Assembly (NCBI GenBank): GCA_034434695.1
Contig: DAOTYY010000113.1
Location: forward strand, 1,979 to 65,978
Origin: Anaerolineaceae bacterium
Lineage (GTDB): Bacteria > Chloroflexota > Anaerolineae > Anaerolineales > Anaerolineaceae
Reading direction: 5' to 3'
DNA length: 64,000 nt
Shown here: positions 28,183 through 38,075 of the stretch, in pieces
How the letters are laid out: every line of letters begins with the position of its first letter
How positions within the stretch are numbered: position 1 is the first letter of the stretch
The notes under the pieces: generated by a model
The model's input: only the letters and a program-made list of their open reading frames with translations
Told to the model about the DNA's origin: nothing
Databases searched by the model: none
Translations under genes and position numbers: made by a program

Positions 28183-30156
28183 ATGCAAACTGCCGAAGTG
28201 CTTTTTATCAATGCAATTGTCCTGACTATGGACAACAAGCTGACACAATACAAATCAGGCAGCGTAGCCGTTTCAAATGGGAATATTGTAGCCGTTGGTG
28301 AACAAGAGGATATCACGTCACAATTTACCGCTGAACAGGTTGTAGACTGCAAAGGCAAATTGCTCATGCCTGGTTTGATTAACGGACATACTCACGTGCC
28401 AATGACTCTCCTGCGCGGTTTAGCCGATGATTTGCGTTTAGATGTCTGGTTGATGGGCTATATGATGCCAGTGGAACGCAAATTTGTCTCGCCAGAGTTT
28501 GTTCGGCTAGGCACCCAGCTTGCCTGTGCGGAGATGATCCGAAGCGGCGTGACCACTTTTTGCGACATGTACTACTTTGAAGAAGAAGTAGCTAAAGCAA
28601 CAGCAGAAGCTGGTATGCGCGCAATTTGTGGCGAAACCATATTAAAGTTCCCGACTCCAGATGCATCTTATTTTGATGAGTCACTTGCATACACACAGGA
28701 TTACGTAAAACTTTGGAAAGGTCATCCCCTGATTGTTCCTGCTATTGCCCCCCACGCGCCTTACACCTGTACTGCAGAATTGCTCCAAAGTTGTGCATCA
28801 ATGGCGGTTGAGTATGATATTCCTCTCATTATTCACCTTGCAGAAACCGCATTAGAAGTTGAAAACATGCGCAATCAGACCGGGATGCCAGTGATACCAT
28901 ACGTGAAGAAACAAAACCTCTTTAATGCGCGCGTGATCGCTGCCCACTGTGTTCACGTTGATGAAGGTGAAATCCGAACTTTGACTCACCATGGTGCTGG
29001 CGTCATTCACAACCCATCCTCAAACCTTAAGCTGGCATCTGGTATTGCTCCTGTAAAACGTATGATCGAGTTGGGGCTTAATGTCGGTCTGGGTACGGAC
29101 GGTCCAGCCTCGAATAACGACCTAGATATGTTTGAAGAGATGCGACTGGCAGCTTTCATTGCGAAAGGAAGCAGCGGTGACCCAACCGCTCTCCCCGCAC
29201 CCATTGCCGTGCTGATGGCTACTCGCTTGGGCGCAAAAGCTCTTCACCTCGACGGAATAACTGGCTCTATCGAACCGGGTAAGCGTGCTGATTTGATACT
29301 GGTACATATCAACCCGATACACAATTCCCCGCACTTCACCCGTGACCCCCATAGTGTATATGCTCAAATTGTATATGCCGCAAAGTCAACTGATGTAACC
29401 GATGTCATGATCAATGGGAAATTTGTCATGCGGGACAAAGCATTGTTAACTTTGGATGAGGAGATACTTACCAGGGAAAGCCAAAGTTACGCGCACAAAA
29501 TAGACCTCTTTTTGATTGAACGCGAACAATCTGTCCTTGCCAAACTGATCGAAATCGGTGGTGCCACAGAAGAAGAATCCTTTGAAGTTCAGGCAAAAGT
29601 GCCTATCAAAGATAATTCAGCCATCCTCATGGCACTTAACAAACCCGAGATAGAGATTATCTACCAGCGACACTACAAACAATATGATACCTACTTTGGC
29701 TTTGAAGATCAAAAACAGGGGCATATCCGCTTTCGTGAAGACCACTTAATCAATCCGACAGGGCAAGTAACCAACGTGAGAACCCGCCTTACACATATTG
29801 GTGAAACCAGTGAATACCACTTCCCTCAACAAGTGATTTTGTCGCGCAGTCGCTTTATCGCACCAGCTACACAAAGCTTACGCTTTTACCGGGAATATTT
29901 CAAACCCGCCTCAGAGCGAGAAGTTGAAAAAGATCGCTTGCGCTTTTTAGTTCGATACAAAAATACCGAGTTCTATGTCAACGTTGACACAATGATTCAG
30001 CCTCAGCTCGGCAATTTTTTAGAGGTTAAAAGCCGAACCTGGAGTCGAAAAGATGCGGAATATAAAGCGCGCCTTATTCCTGAGTTGATCGAATTTCTGG
30101 GCGTGCCTTCAGCGGAAACAATCTCAAAAGATTATATTGAGTTAATCCATGACTAA
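28183..30156 (+). CDS. Amidohydrolase (MTA/SAH-deaminase-like) fused to a C-terminal CYTH-like domain
   Basis: The amidohydrolase metal motifs are PGLINGHTHVPMT, IHLAE, HCVH and GTDG. The last ~200 aa (SFEVQAKVPI...IRFRED...FLEVKSR) resemble a CYTH/CyaB-type fold. Confidence 0.75.
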   Translation: MQTAEVLFINAIVLTMDNKLTQYKSGSVAVSNGNIVAVGEQEDITSQFTAEQVVDCKGKLLMPGLINGHTHVPMTLLRGLADDLRLDVWLMGYMMPVERKFVSPEFVRLGTQLACAEMIRSGVTTFCDMYYFEEEVAKATAEAGMRAICGETILKFPTPDASYFDESLAYTQDYVKLWKGHPLIVPAIAPHAPYTCTAELLQSCASMAVEYDIPLIIHLAETALEVENMRNQTGMPVIPYVKKQNLFNARVIAAHCVHVDEGEIRTLTHHGAGVIHNPSSNLKLASGIAPVKRMIELGLNVGLGTDGPASNNDLDMFEEMRLAAFIAKGSSGDPTALPAPIAVLMATRLGAKALHLDGITGSIEPGKRADLILVHINPIHNSPHFTRDPHSVYAQIVYAAKSTDVTDVMINGKFVMRDKALLTLDEEILTRESQSYAHKIDLFLIEREQSVLAKLIEIGGATEEESFEVQAKVPIKDNSAILMALNKPEIEIIYQRHYKQYDTYFGFEDQKQGHIRFREDHLINPTGQVTNVRTRLTHIGETSEYHFPQQVILSRSRFIAPATQSLRFYREYFKPASEREVEKDRLRFLVRYKNTEFYVNVDTMIQPQLGNFLEVKSRTWSRKDAEYKARLIPELIEFLGVPSAETISKDYIELIHD

Positions 30157-31612
30157 AGAACTGCGCATTTTATTTCTAATTTCTGAAATTGATCCCTTGA
30201 TAAAAATTGGAGGACTAGGAGACGTTGGTGGTTCTTTACCACGAGCGTTGGCTTCTCTGCCGCCAGAAAATATCAATGGATATAGAATAGATATTCGTGT
30301 ATGCGCACCACTCCATGCGCCAATTCGCCACAAATTGCCAACAGCAAAAATAATCGCGGAATTTCCTCTCGAAAACAGGAGAGGGAAGGTTTCAGCAACC
30401 GTCTTCGAGACCGAACTAAATGGTATGGTGACCTATTTGATTGACGGAGAACCTGTCAGGCAGGCACCAAAAGTTTATAACGAAGATGAGACATTAGATG
30501 GGGAAAAGTATGTCTTTTTCTCTCTGGCATCACTAGAACTGGCGCGGTTTTTGGGCTGGAAACCGGATATTGTTCACTGTCATGACTGGCACACCGCACC
30601 GGCTGTTTACCAGCTCTCCCGCAGCCGACTTGGTGATATGTTTTTTACCAACACGCGCTCCATCTTTACAATACATAACCTCCCATTCATGGGAAAAGGT
30701 GCTAGTCAGGCAATGACGGATTATGGACTTCCACCTACCAGCAGTCCAGCCTTGCCGGATTGGGCACGCCATCTCCCGCTACCTCTGGGACTGCTAAGTG
30801 CCGATTGGATTACCACCGTCTCACCAACCTACGCAGCAGAAATCCTTTCTCCTGAATTTGGCTGTGGCTTAGAGGAATTTCTTGCTTCAAGACAATCAAC
30901 AATTTCTGGTATTCTGAATGGTCTAGACCTCACTAGCTGGGATCCCCAGAAGGATAGAGCGCTTATCTTGCCCTTCAACATTGACTCTGTCCATAAACGA
31001 ACTGTAAACAAGCAGGCTCTCCTAGAGGAATTCTCACTTAAAAAAGACCCGGCTATTCCATTGCTTGCCTTTATTGGACGAATGGATTTTCAAAAAGGAT
31101 TAGATGTGTTGCTGGAAGGTCTGGAGCTTATTGCTGACACAAGCTGGTTGGCAATCCTTTTGGGAACCGGGAATGCGCAGTTGGAACGCGCAGCTATCGA
31201 GATGCAACAAAAATATCCCAACCACATACGCGCTGCAATTCGCTTTGATCCAAAGTTGTCTCGCATGTTATACGCCGGTGCAGATATGATTCTGATCCCT
31301 TCTCGTTACGAACCCTGTGGCATAGTACAGATGATCGCCATGAGATATGGATGTATCCCGGTTGCCCACGAAACTGGTGGATTAAAGGATACCATTCAAG
31401 ATAGACCGGATGGCCAAAAAACTGGCTTTCTGTACCAAACGAACACGGCTATAGAACTAGCTCAATCTTTAAGACTGGCTTTTTCTTACTATAAAAATCA
31501 AAAACTCTGGCGCACAATTCAACAAAATGCTATGCGACAGGATTTCTCTTGGGAGCATTCTGCTAATGAATACGCTAAACTCTACCTAAGGCTCAAGGAG
31601 AACACACAATGA
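30149..31612 (+). CDS. glgA: Glycogen synthase (ADP-glucose type)
   Basis: Motifs seen are ISEIDPLIKIGGLGDVGGSLP, HCHDWHTA and SRYEPCG. Confidence 0.92.
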   Translation: MTKELRILFLISEIDPLIKIGGLGDVGGSLPRALASLPPENINGYRIDIRVCAPLHAPIRHKLPTAKIIAEFPLENRRGKVSATVFETELNGMVTYLIDGEPVRQAPKVYNEDETLDGEKYVFFSLASLELARFLGWKPDIVHCHDWHTAPAVYQLSRSRLGDMFFTNTRSIFTIHNLPFMGKGASQAMTDYGLPPTSSPALPDWARHLPLPLGLLSADWITTVSPTYAAEILSPEFGCGLEEFLASRQSTISGILNGLDLTSWDPQKDRALILPFNIDSVHKRTVNKQALLEEFSLKKDPAIPLLAFIGRMDFQKGLDVLLEGLELIADTSWLAILLGTGNAQLERAAIEMQQKYPNHIRAAIRFDPKLSRMLYAGADMILIPSRYEPCGIVQMIAMRYGCIPVAHETGGLKDTIQDRPDGQKTGFLYQTNTAIELAQSLRLAFSYYKNQKLWRTIQQNAMRQDFSWEHSANEYAKLYLRLKENTQ

Positions 31613-32865
31613 AAACTCGGGTGCTGATACTTGCTGGTGGTGAAGGAACAAGATTAGGTGTTCTAACCGCAAAACGCACCAAACCCGCGGTGCCGTTTGC
31701 TGGAAAATACCGCATTATTGACTTTACACTTTCGAACTGTGTTAATTCGCAGCTCTTTGACGTCATGATCGTCGCACAATATCGTCCCCATTCTTTGATC
31801 GAGCATATTGGCGCAGGAGGTCCTTGGGACTTAAACAGGGACTTCACTGGCGGTATACGCATTTACACACCCTATAAATCCCCCGGCTCAAGCTGGTTTG
31901 TAGGTACGGCGGATGCAGTGCAACAAAACTTCTCCTTCATTAAACGAGGAGACCCGGATTTGATCCTGATTCTTTCGGGTGACCATATTTATAGCATGGA
32001 TTACTCCGGCATGATTCGATTTCACATGGAAAAGAATGCCGACCTGACCATGGCAACCATTCAAGTCCCAATTGAAGAAGCTCCTCGCTTCGGAATTGTC
32101 GGTACTAATCCAGACCAACGAGTCATTTCTTTCGTGGAAAAACCCAAGCAACCACCTTCAACCCTGGCAAACATGGGTGTCTATCTATTTAATAAATCCT
32201 TTCTTGGTCGAATTCTCTGGGAAGACCATTTAAGACAAGATTCGTCTCATGATTTCGGGAAAGATATTCTCCCAGCAGTGGTCAGCGCCGGTGAGCGTGT
32301 CTATGCCTATCCTTTTACCGGTTATTGGGTGGATGTTGGCACTGTTCTTTCCTATTGGAAAGCGCACATGGACTTACTTGATCCTGACCCGCCTTTTAAC
32401 CTTCATAATCGTTCCTGGATCATTCACACAAGATCGGAGGAGAGACCACCCGTTAAGATCCATAAAGGTGCGGAGATAGAAAACAGCATGATATGCGATG
32501 GATGTGTGATCGAGCGGGGCGCAAGAGTAATCCGTAGTGTTCTTTCCCCTGGTGTTCATATTCAACAAAACGCTACTGTATATGAATCAATCATATTAAC
32601 TGATGCGATTATTGAATCAGGCGCCAAGCTTGAACATGCCATCCTTGATAAACGCGCACGTATTGGTGAACAGGCAATTTTTGGCAAAGTAACCGCAGAT
32701 CAACCCACGATCACTATGATTGGAAAAAACTCAGTTGTAGCGCCAAAAATGGTGGTAGAGGCAGGTGCAATGATCGCTACAGATGTAATCCCACCCGATT
32801 ACCCTGCACAGATTGTAAAATCCGGCGAATATATACAAACACGGAGATTGCCTTATGAATTATAA
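31609..32865 (+). CDS. glgC: Glucose-1-phosphate adenylyltransferase
   Basis: Motifs seen are LAGGEGTRLGVLTAKRTKPAVPFAGKYRIIDF, GTADAV and LSGDHIY. It overlaps the glgA stop by 4 nt. Confidence 0.92.
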   Translation: MKTRVLILAGGEGTRLGVLTAKRTKPAVPFAGKYRIIDFTLSNCVNSQLFDVMIVAQYRPHSLIEHIGAGGPWDLNRDFTGGIRIYTPYKSPGSSWFVGTADAVQQNFSFIKRGDPDLILILSGDHIYSMDYSGMIRFHMEKNADLTMATIQVPIEEAPRFGIVGTNPDQRVISFVEKPKQPPSTLANMGVYLFNKSFLGRILWEDHLRQDSSHDFGKDILPAVVSAGERVYAYPFTGYWVDVGTVLSYWKAHMDLLDPDPPFNLHNRSWIIHTRSEERPPVKIHKGAEIENSMICDGCVIERGARVIRSVLSPGVHIQQNATVYESIILTDAIIESGAKLEHAILDKRARIGEQAIFGKVTADQPTITMIGKNSVVAPKMVVEAGAMIATDVIPPDYPAQIVKSGEYIQTRRLPYEL

Positions 32866-34396
32866 ACGTTCGTCTGGCATCATTTTACATCCTACCAGTC
32901 TACCCGGGCCAGACGGAATTGGCGACCTTGGCCCAGAAGCCTATCGGTGGATAACTTTCCTAAAAGAATCAGGGTGCAGCCTATGGCAAATTCTTCCACT
33001 TGGTCCAACAGGATATGGTGACTCACCTTATCAATGCTTCTCTGCGTTTGCTGGCAACCCATACCTGATCAGTCCAATTGCATTGGTAGAAGACGGGGTT
33101 CTTGATCATGAAGATTTGTTAGGCAGACCAGCGTTTGCAGATAGTAGTGTAGATTATGGACGCGTGATACCATGGAAGCTATCCTTGCTAACACAGGCTT
33201 TTCTAAACTTTCAAAAACGTGCTCCATCAGAACTGATACAGAAATTTGAGGAGTTTCAATACGACCATAAGTATTGGCTGGACAACTTTGCGTTGTTCAT
33301 GGCAATCAAAGAAACCCAAGGAGGGACTGCATGGTGCGACTGGCCCGAGCCGTTGCGTAAACGCGAACCCAACGCCTTAAGGTCCTTCAGGGAACAACAT
33401 AGAGAGATTGTTCTGCGTCATATTTTCTGGCAATTTCTCTTCTTTCGGCAATGGAAAGCATTGCGGTTATTCGCAAATCAAAACAAGATTCAAATCATTG
33501 GGGATATACCCATTTTTGTCGCTTACGACAGCTCCGATGTCTGGGCTAATCGATCTTTATTCTATCTGGACGAAGAGGGTTTGCCAACAGTGGTTGCTGG
33601 TGTGCCACCAGACTATTTCTCACCCACTGGGCAGCTCTGGGGCAATCCATTATATCACTGGCAAATGCATCAGAAGACAAACTATACATGGTGGCTGCGT
33701 CGTTTTCAAGCTACTCTGCAAATGGTAGACATTATTCGTCTAGATCACTTTAGAGGTTTTGCCGGTTATTGGGAAATACCAGCCGGCAACCCAACAGCCG
33801 AAAAGGGACGCTGGGTGCGTGGACCCGGTCATAAATTTCTTGAAACTGTGCGAAATGCACTGGGAGATCTACCGATTATTGCAGAAGACCTCGGTGTCAT
33901 TACACCAGATGTGGTTAAGCTGAGAGAGGATTTCGGGCTTCCGGGAATGAAAGTGTTACAATTTGCTTTTTCCACTGATCCGCATGACCCGTTTCTCCCT
34001 CATAATTACCCAGTCAATTGTGTGGCATATACTGGGACGCACGATAATGACACTGCGCGTGGCTGGTATGAGACTGCACCCGAGCGAGAACGAGACTTTT
34101 GCCGCCGCTATCTAGCACGTTCGGGCGAGGATATTTCCTGGGACATGATCCGCGCGGTTTGGAGTTCGGTTGCCAGATTTGCCATTGCACCATTACAGGA
34201 TTTTCTTGGTTTAGGCAGCGAAGGTAGAGTGAATTTCCCCAGCAAATCCAGCGGAAACTGGTGCTGGCGCGCTCCGTCTGACTCTTTCAACTCAGCACTG
34301 GCTGCACGAATTTATGAATTAAACTACCTGTATGGACGCTTATCAAGAAATGATGACAAAAAAGTAACGGATACCATTGAGTATGAATCTCCCTGA
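32855..34396 (+). CDS. malQ: 4-alpha-glucanotransferase (amylomaltase)
   Basis: Motifs seen are RSSGIILHPTSLPGPDGIGDLG, IRLDHFRGF, IAEDLG and YTGTHDNDT. Confidence 0.92.
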   Translation: MNYKRSSGIILHPTSLPGPDGIGDLGPEAYRWITFLKESGCSLWQILPLGPTGYGDSPYQCFSAFAGNPYLISPIALVEDGVLDHEDLLGRPAFADSSVDYGRVIPWKLSLLTQAFLNFQKRAPSELIQKFEEFQYDHKYWLDNFALFMAIKETQGGTAWCDWPEPLRKREPNALRSFREQHREIVLRHIFWQFLFFRQWKALRLFANQNKIQIIGDIPIFVAYDSSDVWANRSLFYLDEEGLPTVVAGVPPDYFSPTGQLWGNPLYHWQMHQKTNYTWWLRRFQATLQMVDIIRLDHFRGFAGYWEIPAGNPTAEKGRWVRGPGHKFLETVRNALGDLPIIAEDLGVITPDVVKLREDFGLPGMKVLQFAFSTDPHDPFLPHNYPVNCVAYTGTHDNDTARGWYETAPERERDFCRRYLARSGEDISWDMIRAVWSSVARFAIAPLQDFLGLGSEGRVNFPSKSSGNWCWRAPSDSFNSALAARIYELNYLYGRLSRNDDKKVTDTIEYESP

Positions 34397-34415
34397 ACGG
34401 GGTGCGCCATCAGCA

Positions 34416-35372
34416 TCAAATATGCTTTTTATTTTCTGTGCGGCTCACCAGATATATGCCAACCAGAATGAAACTGCCACCTAGAACCTCCATCAACGTT
34501 GGCACCTCATGCAAAAAAATGGTTGCCAATAACGACGAACCTATAGGCTCACCCAAAAGTGTTACCGATACAAAGGCAGCAGGCAGATAACGTAAAGCCC
34601 AGTTAAAAGAAGAGTGACCAATAAGTTGTGGAACAATTGCTAGCATCAGCATACAGACATAAGTTAACGCTGAATACCCAGTAGTACGTAGCCCGGATAG
34701 AAGGATCACTATCCAAAGAATAACTGCTGCCACTCCGTAGACTGCAAAAGTGTAACTAAGCAAGGAAAGAGAAGAGCGCACCCTTCGCCCAATCAGCAAA
34801 TACCCCGCCGCGCACCAAGCCCCAACTAACGCCAGAAAATTACCTCGCAAGGCTTCTCCAACGGTTGCATCCTGTGGCAATGAACAGTTAACCTCAGTCA
34901 AAGCTCTAGGTAATTCGATGAGCTGGCAGGACTCACTTGCTCCCACAACAACGCTTCCTGCTAACGCGACTATTAGACCGATTGCCACTCCAAAAGACAC
35001 TCGCTCCTTTAAAACGAAGGGAGAAGCCAAAGCCACCCATAATGGTGTTGTCGTCACCAGAACAACCGAGCTGGCAATACTGGTATATTGCAATGAGCTG
35101 ATCCAGGAAGCAAAGTGTAGCGCAAGAAAAAGACCCGCCAACAATAACAACAAATATTCCCGTCTGGAAAAGAGTCTTATTTCATTGCGCGCCCGAAACC
35201 ACGCCATCGGCGACAAAATAACCGTTGCAAAGCCCAAGCGGTACGCAGCAATCACGAGTGAAGGAGCTTCTCTCTGGGCAAGTCGAATAAAGAGAGAAGC
35301 CATTGAAACAGCCAAGACCCCGGCAAAAACAACAAAGTAAGGAGAAAACTTAGGCTTTGTAGAATGTTCCAT
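34416..35372 (-). CDS. EamA/DMT-family transporter
   Basis: It has ten predicted hydrophobic helices in two homologous halves and a length typical of EamA proteins. Confidence 0.8.
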   Translation of the reverse strand: MEHSTKPKFSPYFVVFAGVLAVSMASLFIRLAQREAPSLVIAAYRLGFATVILSPMAWFRARNEIRLFSRREYLLLLLAGLFLALHFASWISSLQYTSIASSVVLVTTTPLWVALASPFVLKERVSFGVAIGLIVALAGSVVVGASESCQLIELPRALTEVNCSLPQDATVGEALRGNFLALVGAWCAAGYLLIGRRVRSSLSLLSYTFAVYGVAAVILWIVILLSGLRTTGYSALTYVCMLMLAIVPQLIGHSSFNWALRYLPAAFVSVTLLGEPIGSSLLATIFLHEVPTLMEVLGGSFILVGIYLVSRTENKKHI

Positions 35373-35382
35373 AAAGGTTTGC

Positions 35383-35411
35383 TTGACAGATCGAGATTTA
35401 ATAAATACAAT
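35383..35411 (+). promoter_or_regulatory. Sigma-70-type promoter upstream of sodA
   Basis: TTGACA, a 17-nt spacer and TACAAT lie 76 nt upstream of the sodA ATG. Confidence 0.5.
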
Positions 35412-35486
35412 TTAGATAATATTAGTATAATTTCGATTTCTCTTGCAAATTTTGATTTTCAATTGTAAACTATAAGGAGGCAAATT

Positions 35487-36095
35487 ATGGCATTCACACT
35501 ACCACCACTCCCCTATGCATATGATGCATTAGAGGCAGCTATTGATGCAAAAACAGTAGAAATTCATTATACCAAGCATCATCAGACGTACCTTAACAAT
35601 CTTAACAGCGCTTTGGAAAAGTTCCCGCATTTCTTTGAGAAGTCTATCGAGGATATTCTACGAGACCTCAATCAAATACCCGAAGAAATTCGCACTACAG
35701 TTCGCAACAATGGCGGCGGCTATTACAATCACAACATTTATTGGGCTATCATGCAACCTGCTCCAGCAGGTGAACCGCAGGGAAAACTAGCAGAAGCGCT
35801 TGAAAAACATTTCGGTAGTTTTACCAACTTCAAAGCTGAACTGGAAAAAGCCGGTATGGCACGCTTCGGAAGCGGTTGGGCATGGTTAAGCAAAAAACCA
35901 GACGGCGGTTTGGTTATCCATTCTACCCCTAATCAGGATACACCACTGTCAGAGGGATTGTATCCGATACTTGGTGTAGATGTTTGGGAACACGCTTACT
36001 ACTTGCGGTATCAAAATCGCCGCGCAGAATATCTGACCAATTGGTGGAATGTAGTCAACTGGAAGGAGGTTGAGCGGCGATTTATCGAAACATAA
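35487..36095 (+). CDS. sodA: Fe/Mn superoxide dismutase
   Basis: Motifs seen are FTLPPLPYAYDALE, HYTKHHQTY and DVWEHAYYL. Confidence 0.95.
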   Translation: MAFTLPPLPYAYDALEAAIDAKTVEIHYTKHHQTYLNNLNSALEKFPHFFEKSIEDILRDLNQIPEEIRTTVRNNGGGYYNHNIYWAIMQPAPAGEPQGKLAEALEKHFGSFTNFKAELEKAGMARFGSGWAWLSKKPDGGLVIHSTPNQDTPLSEGLYPILGVDVWEHAYYLRYQNRRAEYLTNWWNVVNWKEVERRFIET

Positions 36096-36123
36096 TCAAC
36101 TTAATTTAGTTTAGGAGGAAGAT

Positions 36124-36534
36124 ATGACCCACGTTATCACCAGTCTTTGTTTACGTGACGGCGGCTGTATGACAGTATGCCCAGTCGAGTGCATCGTACC
36201 AGGAAAACCAATTGATCAGTATCCATGGTACTACATCGATCCAGACACCTGCATTGATTGTGGCGCTTGTGTAGCAGAGTGCCCATTTGAAGCTATCTTC
36301 CCTGAAGACGAGGTGCCCAGTGCATACAAAGCAAAAGGCGGTGAACGTCTTTCGATGCCTGTCGGCACTCCTGGTTTTACAGAAGTTTACGATGGAAAGA
36401 ACCACAATGGCGAGCCTGTTCATCTGGAAGCTACCCGCACTCTGCAGGCTGGTGAAGTGGTCGATCTCACCCCCGATATTGCCGCAAATGCTGCGTTTTT
36501 CAAGGATGGTCCAGGTTATGACGCCTTGAAGTAG
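36124..36534 (+). CDS. 4Fe-4S ferredoxin-family protein
   Basis: The two cluster motifs are C..GGC..VCPVEC and CIDCGACVAECP. Confidence 0.8.
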   Translation: MTHVITSLCLRDGGCMTVCPVECIVPGKPIDQYPWYYIDPDTCIDCGACVAECPFEAIFPEDEVPSAYKAKGGERLSMPVGTPGFTEVYDGKNHNGEPVHLEATRTLQAGEVVDLTPDIAANAAFFKDGPGYDALK

Positions 36535-36557
36535 ATGATGATGAAAAACAGGCTGGC

Positions 36558-36591
36558 ATAGAGGAAGTCTCTTGACTTCCTCTATTTTGTT
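36558..36591 (+). terminator. Rho-independent terminator after the ferredoxin gene
   Basis: ATAGAGGAAGTC-tctt-GACTTCCTCTAT is a 12-bp perfect stem followed by TTTGTT. Confidence 0.75.
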
Positions 36592-36617
36592 ATTAGATAT
36601 TAAGATGAGGTTTGAAA

Positions 36618-38075
36618 ATGAATGTTGTAGGTTTTCGGATAGAACGAGATTCATTAGGAGAAGTCCAAGTGCCAGCGAGGGCGCTTTATGGCGCTCAAAC
36701 CCAGCGGGCAGTGGAGAATTTTCCTGTTTCTGGCTTACGCCCGTGGCGCGCTTTCATCTGGTCAGTCGCAGTGATTAAACGTGCTGCAGCAGAAGTTAAT
36801 CGAGACCTGAGTCTGCTCGACAAAAACATTGCCGGGGCAATCATTCAAGCTGCTAGTGAAGTTATGCGTGGCGATTGGGATGATCAATTTGTTGTTGACC
36901 CATTTCAGGCAGGAGCAGGCACCAGCCACAATATGAACGCCAATGAGGTCATTGCAAATCGAGCAACGCAATTGCTGGGCGGACAGTTAGGTGAGTATCG
37001 CGTACACCCGAATGATCATGTCAATATGTCACAATCTACCAATGACGTTATTCCAACTGCAATTCGCCTTGGTTGTTTATGGCGCTTGGATGAACTGCTC
37101 TCTGTCATTCGTGACTTGACTGAAGCTCTGGACCAAAAAGCACACGAATTTGACAATGTTGTTAAGTCAGGCCGCACGCACCTTCAGGATGCAGTGCCTA
37201 TCCGGCTCGGACAAGAATTTGGCGCCTATGCCGTTGCAGTCAAGCGCGATGGTGAGCGTATTCAACGCGCCGCCGAAGGATTGCGCCGGCTAGGGATTGG
37301 CGGAACGGCGGTAGGGACTGGTTTGAATGCTCATCCCCAATATCACGTGCGTATGGTAGAGCGCCTGTCAAAGATCACCAATCTGACGCTTTATACCTCA
37401 AATAATCTTTTTGAGTGTATGCAATCCATGGCAGATGCAGCAGATTTCTCCGCTTCATTACGCACTCTGGCAATCACCCTTACACGCATCGCAAATGACA
37501 TTCGCTTGCTGGCTTCCGGTCCATCCACAGGGTTAGATGAGATTCGTCTGCCTCCTGTTCAACCCGGCTCAAGCATCATGCCCGGCAAAGTTAACCCTGT
37601 CATGGCTGAGATGCTTAATATGGCCATGTATCACATTATGGGATGTGATACGACAATTGCATTAGCGGCTCAGGCGGGACAACTAGAGCTTAATGTAATG
37701 ATGCCGATTATCGCTCATAACCTCTTTGAAAGTATGCAGATTGCCATTGGATCAATTAGGGCATTTACAAATCATTGTGTATGCGGCATTACAGCAAACC
37801 GAGCCAAAGCCGAAGGATGGCTGGAGCGTAATGCAATCATCATCACCGCCCTAAACCCTCTGATCGGGTATACAGCCGGCGCAGAACTGGTCAGGCAGGC
37901 TTTAGAAACCAACCAGTCCATTTTGGAATTGGCCCGCCAAAAAGCTCTACATGGTGAACTGAAACATCGAGACAGCCAAAAAACCGTCACAGTTCAGGAA
38001 ATTGAAAATGCTGTCAAAGACTTAAGAAAACTAACCGACGGCGGAATTCTCACCAGCAATATTCTGGGAGGCTAA
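36618..38075 (+). CDS. aspA: Aspartate ammonia-lyase (class II fumarase/aspartase family)
   Basis: The signature is GSSIMPGKVNPVMAEM, and the PVMAE variant plus ENFPVSG favour aspartase over FumC. TNDVIPTA is also present. Confidence 0.8.
   Translation: MNVVGFRIERDSLGEVQVPARALYGAQTQRAVENFPVSGLRPWRAFIWSVAVIKRAAAEVNRDLSLLDKNIAGAIIQAASEVMRGDWDDQFVVDPFQAGAGTSHNMNANEVIANRATQLLGGQLGEYRVHPNDHVNMSQSTNDVIPTAIRLGCLWRLDELLSVIRDLTEALDQKAHEFDNVVKSGRTHLQDAVPIRLGQEFGAYAVAVKRDGERIQRAAEGLRRLGIGGTAVGTGLNAHPQYHVRMVERLSKITNLTLYTSNNLFECMQSMADAADFSASLRTLAITLTRIANDIRLLASGPSTGLDEIRLPPVQPGSSIMPGKVNPVMAEMLNMAMYHIMGCDTTIALAAQAGQLELNVMMPIIAHNLFESMQIAIGSIRAFTNHCVCGITANRAKAEGWLERNAIIITALNPLIGYTAGAELVRQALETNQSILELARQKALHGELKHRDSQKTVTVQEIENAVKDLRKLTDGGILTSNILGG

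Noticed and set aside
38031-38075. A 45-bp tail-to-tail overlap of the aspA-like and ppgK genes as a possible antisense regulatory feature.
   Set aside because: Both C-terminal tails are poorly conserved extensions. The overlap may simply reflect late stop codons, and no hairpin or other signal was seen.
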